24,193 bases of DNA from a virus (Duplodnaviria > Caudoviricetes): positions 1 through 24,193 of IMG/VR virus record IMGVR_UViG_3300020042_003490; one strand, given 5' to 3'. This document shows, in pieces, positions 1-7,752 of the stretch. A program made the translations under genes and the position numbers. The notes beneath the pieces were generated by a model. That model worked only from the letters and a program-made list of their open reading frames with translations. It did not search any database and had not been told where the DNA came from. Numbering within the stretch: position 1 is the stretch's first letter; the number at the start of each line of letters is the position of its first letter.

Positions 1-32
1 GCTGTCTTAAAAAAATTGCTATACCATGCCAT
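1..32 (-). CDS. 5' end of a CDS running off the window (MAWYSNFFKT...), possibly portal protein
   Basis: ATG at 32, 2 nt after the stop of the upstream gene, and the frame stays open to the window edge. Portal is inferred only because no portal is seen elsewhere in the window. Confidence 0.4.
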   Translation of the reverse strand, partial: MAWYSNFFKT

Positions 33-34
33 AA

Positions 35-385
35 TTAATCGTATATTGAGGTGCCTACTGGCCCACTTACCACCATTCTACCCTCTTCTATCACTACCCC
101 TGTGGATTGTGCAATAGTTAAAGGTAAAGTATAGGGTACTGAGCTCTGATAAATCTGATATATAAACTGCCCTTGTAACAAAGTGATATCTACAGGCTCA
201 TCTAATACAAACAAGTTGTATCTTTCAGGGTATGAGCTAGTATCAGCAGTAGTAAATAGCTGAGTAACTGATAGAGTATTCATCTCATTAGTAAACGCAA
301 ATAGATAGTGAGGGGTGGGTACAGTTGTTACCTCTGTTAAGGTTAGCACTATTTGATTAATCACTCCCTGTTCAATGTATATCAT
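35..385 (-). CDS. Virion structural protein, probably head-tail connector/completion type (116 aa, MIYIEQG...)
   Basis: ORF 35..436 in the track. Start moved to ATG 385 because it carries the late motif TAATATAGGTATG and the longer start lies inside a terminator. Located in the structural module. Confidence 0.6.
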   Translation of the reverse strand: MIYIEQGVINQIVLTLTEVTTVPTPHYLFAFTNEMNTLSVTQLFTTADTSSYPERYNLFVLDEPVDITLLQGQFIYQIYQSSVPYTLPLTIAQSTGVVIEEGRMVVSGPVGTSIYD

Positions 386-416
386 ACCTATATTAGATGA
401 TGTAAGGCAAATGTTT
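386..416 (-). promoter_or_regulatory. Putative leaderless late promoter AAACATTT-N13-TAATATAGGT-ATG
   Basis: Same bipartite motif and spacing as at 5019, 12370 and 14971. Confidence 0.65.
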
Positions 417-422
417 AGAAAT

Positions 423-450
423 AAAAAAAGCCCCACATAATTGTAGGGCT
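423..450 (-). terminator. Intrinsic terminator after the tail tube gene
   Basis: Minus strand AGCCCTACA-ATTA-TGTGGGGCT forms a 9-bp stem with one G-U pair, followed by a T tract. Confidence 0.85.
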
Positions 451-470
451 AATTTTAGAAAGGCAATAGA

Positions 471-1010
471 TTATACTAAACCTAAAGCAGCGTATGCAGC
501 AGGATTAGCTAAATTAACTTCTAGTGCTAAGAACTCATTTTCAGCTACCATAGTAACAGAGTATTTAGAACCATCAGCTCTAGCTGTACCTGATCCTTCA
601 CCTGTAGCAGTAAGCTGCATGTATGGAAAATACCAATAAATGCCATTAGCATCTAATACTACAGCTGCAAGGTATTGCTGCCCTGAAGCAAGTATCTTAA
701 GAGCATTGGACTTAGCAGCTTCACGACGGTGAAACATTAGGTTAATAGTTTGTGTTACAAAAGTAGAGCCATTGATTAGATCAGCAGCCTGCTCTTCTGT
801 ATAGTTTGATGTATTTCTGCGAATGAAATAACTTTCAAAAGTTGTTAGTAGTGGTGTAACTGTAATAGCTGTTACCTCATAGTCAGGAAAAACTGTGTTT
901 GTTGTTACTACATCAATGTTATCCTGAGGGATAAACCATACTTGATAGATCCCACCACTATTATTATCGCAACTTTTTTGAATACCCTCGAGGGCCGTAC
1001 ATACTGGCAT
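471..1010 (-). CDS. Probable major tail (tube) protein, 179 aa
   Basis: Beta-rich 179-aa protein directly after the capsid gene. N-terminal C-x9-C-x4-GGI and C-terminal GSGT..DGSKYSVT motifs resemble Bacteroidetes-phage tail tube proteins. Confidence 0.6.
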   Translation of the reverse strand: MPVCTALEGIQKSCDNNSGGIYQVWFIPQDNIDVVTTNTVFPDYEVTAITVTPLLTTFESYFIRRNTSNYTEEQAADLINGSTFVTQTINLMFHRREAAKSNALKILASGQQYLAAVVLDANGIYWYFPYMQLTATGEGSGTARADGSKYSVTMVAENEFLALEVNLANPAAYAALGLV

Positions 1011-1022
1011 GTGTTTTAAGTT

Positions 1023-1048
1023 TTATATAAAGGGGGTTGCCCCCCTCT
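1023..1048 (-). terminator. GC hairpin with GCAA tetraloop after the major capsid gene (weak terminator or mRNA stabiliser)
   Basis: Minus strand AGGGGG-GCAA-CCCCCT followed by only TTATAT. Confidence 0.6.
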
Positions 1049-1059
1049 ATGAATTAATA

Positions 1060-2007
1060 TTAAGAATAATAAACGATATCACCTGGATTAACATAGTTAA
1101 ATCCTACCTTCATGTTAGCACGTGTTCTGATAACTGGCTCAGCTACAGTATCTGCTAAGTTTACAGCACGTAGATCAGATGGATCACCTTCACCATCAAA
1201 AGCAAAAAGTAAATTGTCCTTTAAAGTAATTACAAATTTGTTGTTTGACATCCCTGGGCAAAGAACAATCTTGATACCTAAGTAAGTCAAAGCTAAGTCT
1301 TGTGTGATAAATGCATTAGTGTTACCACTAGCTACACCTAAACGGTAGATGTTTACTAATTGAGTAGGCATGTAGATACGCAAGTCAGCAGTTCTAGAAG
1401 CAATAGAAGAAGGTACTAAAGCAAAAGCTGTAGTGAGTGCAGTTAATAAACCTGCAAAGTTAAGAATTGCACCTGTACCACCATCGATAACTGGAGTAAT
1501 TCCTGGGCCAGGAGCCAAGCCTGTATCTAATAGAAATTCGTAACCATCACATAAAGCAAGTTCAGGGTTAGCAGAACCTGTATAACCTTTCCATCGTAAA
1601 GATTCAATTTGTCCATTAACTGCATTAGCCATCTCACTCCAGTAGAAGTTAAAGAAGTTAGCTACAGTGAAATCACCGTTTGAACCTTGAGCCATTTGTA
1701 AAGATACAAAAGACTGCTCTAAGTCAAATTGACAAACCTGAGCCATTGCAGATAAAGCACATACGTCAATTTCTACTGAGCTTAAATCATCAGTGTTTAA
1801 GTTAGGGAAGTTACATGGGGATACAGCTAATAAGCCTGTGCCAAAAGTAACTGTACCAATTTTAGTCTTATACTTTATTCCTGGTAAAGTACGAAAGTTG
1901 TCTGTAATCTCAGTACCTCCTAGGTAAGCCTGTGCATAAAATGCCTCAGCGTTGGGTGCAAGTGTTGCACTTGCATCAATAGTTAAATCAAATCTTAGTT
2001 TTCTCAT
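1060..2007 (-). CDS. Major capsid protein, 315 aa
   Basis: Size, position right after the protease/scaffold, a downstream hairpin, and an HK97-like C-terminal pattern (..TYLGIKIVLCPGM..; RTRANMKVGFNYV). Confidence 0.8.
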   Translation of the reverse strand: MRKLRFDLTIDASATLAPNAEAFYAQAYLGGTEITDNFRTLPGIKYKTKIGTVTFGTGLLAVSPCNFPNLNTDDLSSVEIDVCALSAMAQVCQFDLEQSFVSLQMAQGSNGDFTVANFFNFYWSEMANAVNGQIESLRWKGYTGSANPELALCDGYEFLLDTGLAPGPGITPVIDGGTGAILNFAGLLTALTTAFALVPSSIASRTADLRIYMPTQLVNIYRLGVASGNTNAFITQDLALTYLGIKIVLCPGMSNNKFVITLKDNLLFAFDGEGDPSDLRAVNLADTVAEPVIRTRANMKVGFNYVNPGDIVYYS

Positions 2008-2015
2008 TTTGTTTT

Positions 2016-2978
2016 TTATTTGTTATTGTTAAATTTATTAAACATACTTAATTTTTGTTGTGCACTCAAAGCCACAACCTCTTCTACCACATCCTCTTCA
2101 CTATCTACAGCCATAGCATCTTCTAATTGTGCTTTTAGGTCTGCTATCATAGCTACTAAATTATTAACTTCTGCATCTAATGCAGGCTTAACTATTGCTA
2201 GTATTGCCTCAGCATCTAATACAGGATCTACAGCCATAGTCTCTTCCTCTACTACTTCCTCTTCTACTACTGTATCTTCTAGGGCTACCTCTTCTGTGGC
2301 CTCCTCTAGTTCAACATCACGTATCTCAATAATCTCACCGCCTTTTACAACATAGATCTTATCCTCGATAGTGTGTTCTCCATCAGGTAATTTGTTCATA
2401 TTTATATCTGTTTTTAATTGTGTTTCTGCTTTTAATTTCATACCTAAGTAACCCTCAATGCTAAATCCTACCTGATCATTATCTACTAGATGGTTGTAAT
2501 ACTCAACATCAGTTACCTGTGCTGTTACCATTAAGGTGCCTGTAGGTACTTCTATACCGAATGATGAGTATGCCTTATCTTTAAGGGGGCTATCTACAAT
2601 CCATGCTTCCAAAATATATGCTGGCACAGTCTCAGTAGTATCATGCTCTAAATTAAACAGGTCCTTATTAGACATATCCTTCATGAACTTAGAATGTATC
2701 TTCTCTATCTCTTCTTTAGTAAACTTAACATAGTACTCTTTGCCATCCTCATCATCTTTACGATAAATCTCCATAGGTATAAGAGCAGGTGCCACAATAC
2801 GATACTTAACATTATCTTTGAATATCATTTGCTTAGCCTGAGAATTGAATGCCATACCCATTACTTTGATAGCAGGAGTGGATGTAAAAGCTATTTGTTC
2901 TATCCCTAAATCTTCTCCATTTTCAGAGTATTCAGGATCAATCGTAATTTTGTAAATAGGTAAATTATCTTTAGCCAT
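2016..2978 (-). CDS. Prohead protease (XkdF-like) fused to an acidic scaffold domain, 320 aa
   Basis: N-terminal PALIP..IYR, NLEH and VGFSIEG motifs; very acidic, coiled C-terminal third; immediately upstream of the capsid gene. Confidence 0.75.
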   Translation of the reverse strand: MAKDNLPIYKITIDPEYSENGEDLGIEQIAFTSTPAIKVMGMAFNSQAKQMIFKDNVKYRIVAPALIPMEIYRKDDEDGKEYYVKFTKEEIEKIHSKFMKDMSNKDLFNLEHDTTETVPAYILEAWIVDSPLKDKAYSSFGIEVPTGTLMVTAQVTDVEYYNHLVDNDQVGFSIEGYLGMKLKAETQLKTDINMNKLPDGEHTIEDKIYVVKGGEIIEIRDVELEEATEEVALEDTVVEEEVVEEETMAVDPVLDAEAILAIVKPALDAEVNNLVAMIADLKAQLEDAMAVDSEEDVVEEVVALSAQQKLSMFNKFNNNK

Positions 2979-3008
2979 ACCTATATTATATTATTTGTAT
3001 ATTTGTAA
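2979..3008 (-). promoter_or_regulatory. Putative leaderless late promoter for the head operon (TTACAAAT-N12-TAATATAGGT-ATG)
   Basis: Exact TAATATAGGTATG at the start codon. The upstream box is degenerate and 1 nt closer than in the other copies. Confidence 0.6.
2998..3005 (+). promoter_or_regulatory. Bacteroidetes primary-sigma -7 box TATATTTG driving the inverted gene pair
   Basis: Matches TAnnTTTG, 16 nt upstream of ATG 3022 with an A-rich leader. No clear -33 TTG. Confidence 0.6.
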
Positions 3009-3021
3009 AAAAATTAAAACT

Positions 3022-3564
3022 ATGATAACTATTTTAGGAAGGGATATCCCTAACACATTAGAAGAGCTGACCATTGATCAGTTTGAAGTAATAACAGAAC
3101 TAAGTGCTAATAGCACAATAGATCCTGTAGACAAATACCTGCAAATCTTTGGAAGCCTAGGATTAGAGGAAAGCTTATTCTATGATGTAGATATAGCTGA
3201 TTTTATTGAGTTTACTCAAAAGTTTAATGATCTACCTACCATTGATTATCCTACTGTTAGTGAGATAGAGTTAGCAGGTTACAGCTATAGTGCAGAGATG
3301 AAGCTCACAGTAAGAGATACTAAGCTTGTTGAGAAGATAGCCATTGCTAAGCCTAAGGGATATATCTCTGAGATACTTGCTATCATGTTTAAGCGAGATG
3401 ATCTTACAAATGCTGAGCACTATGCAGATGCTCACTTAAAACTTAAAGCAAAATTAATTAAAGAACTTAAGGCTAACATAGCTATCCCTTACTTATTGTT
3501 TATAGCTAAAAAAATATCTAAACAAGTAGAGAAAGTAGAAGATGTTGCCGAAGTCGTGGAGTGA
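3022..3564 (+). CDS. Putative tail assembly chaperone-like protein, paralog 1 (180 aa)
   Basis: Long acidic helical ORF. ATG 3022 is preferred to TTG 2995. Shares IPNTLEELTIDQF and ILAIMFKR motifs with the next gene. Confidence 0.6.
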   Translation: MITILGRDIPNTLEELTIDQFEVITELSANSTIDPVDKYLQIFGSLGLEESLFYDVDIADFIEFTQKFNDLPTIDYPTVSEIELAGYSYSAEMKLTVRDTKLVEKIAIAKPKGYISEILAIMFKRDDLTNAEHYADAHLKLKAKLIKELKANIAIPYLLFIAKKISKQVEKVEDVAEVVE

Positions 3565-4273
3565 TATAAGCCTAGAGCAGTTTATTGAAATAAGTGCTAT
3601 TGAGAAATCATTAGGCTCCTCCCATTACAATGCTGAAACAATATCTATTGTTACAGATATATCTATAGATGAGGTAGATGAGATGGATATAGATGAGCTA
3701 ACTAAATTGGTAGCTAAATATAAGTGGGTAAACTCACAGCCATCTAAACAATATAAGCATGAGCTCCTAGGTATGAAGATAAAGCCATTGTCTAAGCTGT
3801 GCCTATTTGAGTATATTGATATAGACTATTATTTCAATGATAACTACCTGACTAACCTAGATAAAATTTGTGCTATCCTATACAGGCAGTCTAAGGTAAA
3901 CGAGTGGGGTGAGGTAGTGTTAGAGCCTTATGAGTATGATCTCAATACTAGAGCTGAGAAATTTTTAGATCTACCAATCACTGAGGTGTATGGTGTCATT
4001 AATGAGTTTCTAAAATTTAGGGAGAACTTTCTAAAGGTTTATGCTAATTTATTTGGTGAGGCAGATGATGAGCTTACACCTGAGGAGTTAGCTGCCTTAG
4101 ATCCTGATGAGATTAAAGAGGTGGACCAGGAAAAAAAGAATACTAAGTGGTCATGGGAGCACATGATCTACGGTCTCACAAATGGGGATATTACTAAAAC
4201 TGAAGCTGTAGGAGCTCTACCACTTACCTATGTTTTTAATGTATTAGGTATGAAAAAAGAGTTAGACATCTAA
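3542..4273 (+). CDS. Putative tail assembly chaperone-like protein, paralog 2 (243 aa)
   Basis: LPKSWSDISLEQF and ICAILYRQ motifs; overlaps the previous gene by 23 nt; acidic. Confidence 0.6.
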   Translation: MLPKSWSDISLEQFIEISAIEKSLGSSHYNAETISIVTDISIDEVDEMDIDELTKLVAKYKWVNSQPSKQYKHELLGMKIKPLSKLCLFEYIDIDYYFNDNYLTNLDKICAILYRQSKVNEWGEVVLEPYEYDLNTRAEKFLDLPITEVYGVINEFLKFRENFLKVYANLFGEADDELTPEELAALDPDEIKEVDQEKKNTKWSWEHMIYGLTNGDITKTEAVGALPLTYVFNVLGMKKELDI

Positions 4274-4711
4274 GGGGAAGCCTTGCACAAATTCAGGTGG
4301 TGCATAAAGAGCCTCGAAAGTATACACTAATTTTTGTTGCCTTTCTAATACCTCAACAGCTTCTACTAGTGGATATTTTTTAGTAAGCCATTCAGTATAT
4401 TGAGCATATATTTCAGCAGTGATACCTTTGCTAGCAAGCTCATCAGTAAATTGTGCTACGAAATCTCTAGGAGTAATCACTCCACCATTCCATAAGTAAG
4501 CTCCATTGTTTAAGAATATAAAATAATAAGCTGCTACTATTTGTATCTCTAATTTTTGGAAGCCTGTTATCTTTGCATTAATTCTTATAGAACTTACAAG
4601 TGTACCCTCACCATCTACTACCTCAGCATCTACTATACGCTTAAGTATATTAGCCATCCTTCTACTAGTAGGATAGAGCACATTAAATTCTCCTGTGTTT
4701 GCGTATGCCAT
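4262..4711 (-). CDS. Virion morphogenesis/neck protein (HK97 gp10-like by position and motif), 149 aa
   Basis: GTLVSSI...YFIFLNNG...PRDF resembles the TGxLxxSI/YxxxG/PRxF pattern of neck proteins. Confidence 0.5.
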   Translation of the reverse strand: MAYANTGEFNVLYPTSRRMANILKRIVDAEVVDGEGTLVSSIRINAKITGFQKLEIQIVAAYYFIFLNNGAYLWNGGVITPRDFVAQFTDELASKGITAEIYAQYTEWLTKKYPLVEAVEVLERQQKLVYTFEALYAPPEFVQGFPLDV

Positions 4712-4712
4712 C

Positions 4713-4757
4713 TTAGTAAGTCATTAAGTTAAGCCTCCAATTACCCCACCATCCCAT
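4713..4757 (-). CDS. 14-codon mini-ORF MGWWGNWRLNLMTY (micro-peptide or gene remnant)
   Basis: Fills the gap between two structural genes almost exactly (3 nt after the upstream stop, 1 nt before the downstream ATG). Confidence 0.35.
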   Translation of the reverse strand: MGWWGNWRLNLMTY

Positions 4758-4760
4758 ATC

Positions 4761-5018
4761 TTAGATTGTTCTGCTTTCCCATTCTTCTATTACATTAAGG
4801 CTATAATTACCACCTAAGCAGTTTACCACAAAATCCTCCATGTAATTCTTAGAGTTAGCAGCATCACCACCCTGAGTTTCTAAGATATCAAACATTAGAC
4901 AGTTAGAGTGATTAGGATTAACACCATAGTATTCAGCTATGCCAATGAGTAAGCTAGTATCATCATAACCTGTTACTCCTAAATTTGTTGCTATTTGTTG
5001 TAGTGTATTATTCGCCAT
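4761..5018 (-). CDS. Hypothetical late protein with short helical repeats, 85 aa
   Basis: ORF track; preceded by the late promoter motif. Confidence 0.7.
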   Translation of the reverse strand: MANNTLQQIATNLGVTGYDDTSLLIGIAEYYGVNPNHSNCLMFDILETQGGDAANSKNYMEDFVVNCLGGNYSLNVIEEWESRTI

Positions 5019-5049
5019 AACTATATTATATTATTAAAGTGAAATGTTT
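5019..5049 (-). promoter_or_regulatory. Putative leaderless late promoter AAACATTT-N13-TAATATAGTT-ATG
   Basis: Conserved bipartite motif abutting the ATG. Confidence 0.65.
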
Positions 5050-5482
5050 ATATTGGTACAGCACAGTCAGTCCAATCATTGACAGTAAGAGTGATACTCA
5101 TCTGATAGCCTGCAGCGTAATCTAGCAAGTCATTGTTGAGGGGTGTAAAGGTAGGTACTCCTACCACATCAAAGCTATAGTCAGTGCTATCAGTAAAGTA
5201 TATATTCAAATCACTAAGGATCTGTTGAGTATCACTTAAGATAGTGATGATGTTAGCTCTATCCTTTTGAATAATATCATAGCAGTAAATATCAAAGGTA
5301 AACTCAGTAGTGTTCTCAGTAGGGATCACTCCACTAGGCACGATATACACCAGGGGATACTTCTCATTCTGAGTAGCAAAGTTAAAGAGCTGTTCTTTGA
5401 AATCACTACCCACTTTGAACACTTGCTTATGGGCTGTGTAAAATGAAATAATTGTGTTTGTTATTGCTTGTAGACTGTTCAT
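5048..5482 (-). CDS. Probable tail completion/terminator protein, 144 aa
   Basis: Size, acidic composition, YPLVYI motif and beta-rich C-terminus; ATGA overlap with the tape measure gene. Confidence 0.55.
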   Translation of the reverse strand: MNSLQAITNTIISFYTAHKQVFKVGSDFKEQLFNFATQNEKYPLVYIVPSGVIPTENTTEFTFDIYCYDIIQKDRANIITILSDTQQILSDLNIYFTDSTDYSFDVVGVPTFTPLNNDLLDYAAGYQMSITLTVNDWTDCAVPI

Positions 5483-7752
5483 AGCTCTGAGTTTTTATTG
5501 ATCATATTTATTTTTTTCTGCACATTGGTTATCTGAGTTTCACTAACTACAGCTGTAACCATCATATTACCACCACCACCTGCTGTAGTACCTCCTGCAC
5601 TCATAGTGTTAGCATTGTTTGATGAGCCAAACAGCTGAGCTGCCTGAGGTATCATAGTGGCTGTATTGCTACCACCACCAGTATCTCCACCTCCTCCTCC
5701 ACCTCCTGATGTTACAGGGGTAGATGGTGATGTAAGTAACTGCTTAGCCTTAGCTATGTTTGTCGCTATCTGAATGATACCTGATGCGAACTGTGCTATA
5801 CCTGCAGTACCTGCTGTTACAGCATTTGCAGGGTTAGTGTTGGAAGCTGCTACTAATGCTGAGATAGCCTTAGCAGTATCTATACCTATTTGAACTAGAG
5901 CAGATGCCTTATTGAATTTAGCTAGCTTAGCCTGGTCTTTGATTAGCAGTCCTCCTAAGTTAGTCAAGCCATCTACTGTATCCTTAGCAAACCCTAGCTT
6001 AGCATCTCTTACCTTAGTAGCAGTATTTATTTCTGCAAGGGCAGCCATAGTATTAGCATTCTCAATATCTTTATCATGCTTATTTTTCAAAGCTAGTAAA
6101 GTCTCAGCGTGACCATTAGCAAGCTCTTGCTCTTTTATATATTTAGCTTCAATGGCTGCTATTTTTTTCTCATCATCAGTTAAAGTTAATTCATCCAATA
6201 GAGTTTGCTGATCTAGAATTTTCTTAGCTTTAACTGCCTCAGCAGCTGCCACCTTAGCCTCTTCAATTTTTAGATACTTATCTCTAATAGCTTGTAAATC
6301 TGTTTTTTGTTTTTCTAGTAAAACTTTCTCAAGCTCCTCATTACCCTTAGCAGTTTCATTCTTTTTATCATAAGCCTGATTAAGAGCCATCTCTTCTTTT
6401 TGCTGAGCAGTAAGAGTCATCTCATTCATTAAATCAAATTGGGCATCTTCACGCTTTATTCTGTTCTCATTTTCTTTTACTGCCAAATCATTTAATCTCT
6501 TTGCCTCAGCTTCAGCTTCCCTTATTCTCTTATCAGCTTCAGCTTTATTGCTTTTAGTTTTCTTTTTGTCACTATCAATAGTTATGTTATTAGCATCTTC
6601 TAATTTAATGGCTGCCTCCATAGCTTTTGCAGCCTCATCTGCATAGATATCAGCAGTTGCATTAGCTTCTTTCTTTTTTTCTTTTATTCTCTTTTTTTGT
6701 TTAGCTGCCAAGCCCTCATCACTACCATTGACAGCCTCATTCCCCTCTAATATACCTGCTACTAAAGGACCTCCTAGTGCATACCCTAGTAATTTATTTT
6801 CAGCAAACCATGATTTAGTCTTATCTCCTGCAGTAGTTTGGTCTTTCATTCCTGCTGTTATTGCCTTAGCACTTTCCTCAGCTGACTTCTTAGCAAACAC
6901 TTCAGCCTTAGCTCTTAGCATAGTTGCCTCTACGTATGCTTTAGTCTTAGCTACATAGTTTGCTTCAGCTTGAGCTAGAGTAGTAGCAGCTCCAAATGTA
7001 TCTCCTAATTTTTCATTGTATATAGCTAGTGCCTCTTCCTTAGTGATTACCCCTTGAGCTGCCATCTCAAACGCATTACCCACCTCATTGGTTACTTGGA
7101 TAGCTCCTGCTCCTGCAGTTTCATAAGCAGCCATAGCCTCAGTGGTAGTCTCTTGCACTGCCTTAAACTGCTCACTTTCAGTGACAGCTAATCCCATGCT
7201 ATCTATAAATTCATTCAGAGCTTCTAGGGCACCATCAAAAGCTGTACCCACAGCATCCATTATTATTTCTAGATAGCCAAGCTTATCCATTAGTACTACT
7301 ACTATAGCTATTACTGCAGCTATTACTGCAGCTATCAAATAAATTGGGTTAGCCAATAGGGTTTGACCTAATGACATGAATGCTTTACCTACTGTGCCTA
7401 TGGTAGATACTAGACCTGACATTGCCTTTTTAATATCATCAGGCTTAATGTTACCTATAGATTGAGCAAATACCTGAGCTTTCTGAGATGCCTCTTCAAA
7501 GTCCATAGACCTGATACTATCACCAATACCTGCAAAGCCCATAGATGCCTGCTGAAATTTACTCCCTGATGAGAATACATTGACAGCCTCATTAGCATCT
7601 TGTATCTGGTCTTTGAGTACACCTGCAGCTTGACTTAATCTTAATATATCAGCAGGATCAGTAGCATTGGCTATCTCACCTTTGAGTGCTTTTAACTCTG
7701 CTTTGATGGCACCTATGCCTGATATCTTTAATGGTATTTCAACTTCATTCAT
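5479..7752 (-). CDS. Tail tape measure protein, 757 aa
   Basis: Ala/Lys/Glu-rich helical protein with the ANPIYLIAAVIAAVIAIVVVL hydrophobic segment, a long coiled coil and a Gly-rich C-terminal linker. Confidence 0.85.
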   Translation of the reverse strand: MNEVEIPLKISGIGAIKAELKALKGEIANATDPADILRLSQAAGVLKDQIQDANEAVNVFSSGSKFQQASMGFAGIGDSIRSMDFEEASQKAQVFAQSIGNIKPDDIKKAMSGLVSTIGTVGKAFMSLGQTLLANPIYLIAAVIAAVIAIVVVLMDKLGYLEIIMDAVGTAFDGALEALNEFIDSMGLAVTESEQFKAVQETTTEAMAAYETAGAGAIQVTNEVGNAFEMAAQGVITKEEALAIYNEKLGDTFGAATTLAQAEANYVAKTKAYVEATMLRAKAEVFAKKSAEESAKAITAGMKDQTTAGDKTKSWFAENKLLGYALGGPLVAGILEGNEAVNGSDEGLAAKQKKRIKEKKKEANATADIYADEAAKAMEAAIKLEDANNITIDSDKKKTKSNKAEADKRIREAEAEAKRLNDLAVKENENRIKREDAQFDLMNEMTLTAQQKEEMALNQAYDKKNETAKGNEELEKVLLEKQKTDLQAIRDKYLKIEEAKVAAAEAVKAKKILDQQTLLDELTLTDDEKKIAAIEAKYIKEQELANGHAETLLALKNKHDKDIENANTMAALAEINTATKVRDAKLGFAKDTVDGLTNLGGLLIKDQAKLAKFNKASALVQIGIDTAKAISALVAASNTNPANAVTAGTAGIAQFASGIIQIATNIAKAKQLLTSPSTPVTSGGGGGGGDTGGGSNTATMIPQAAQLFGSSNNANTMSAGGTTAGGGGNMMVTAVVSETQITNVQKKINMINKNSEL

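Noticed and set aside
2020-2909. Plus-strand ORFs 2020..2355, 2536..2733 and 2694..2909
   Set aside because: Antisense shadows of the protease/scaffold gene; Ser/Thr-biased or implausible sequences with no start signals.
3480-3564. Programmed frameshift joining the two inverted genes (G/GT style)
   Set aside because: An A run exists near 3508-3514, but the second gene has its own ATG and its own copy of the N-terminal motif, so a fusion is not required.
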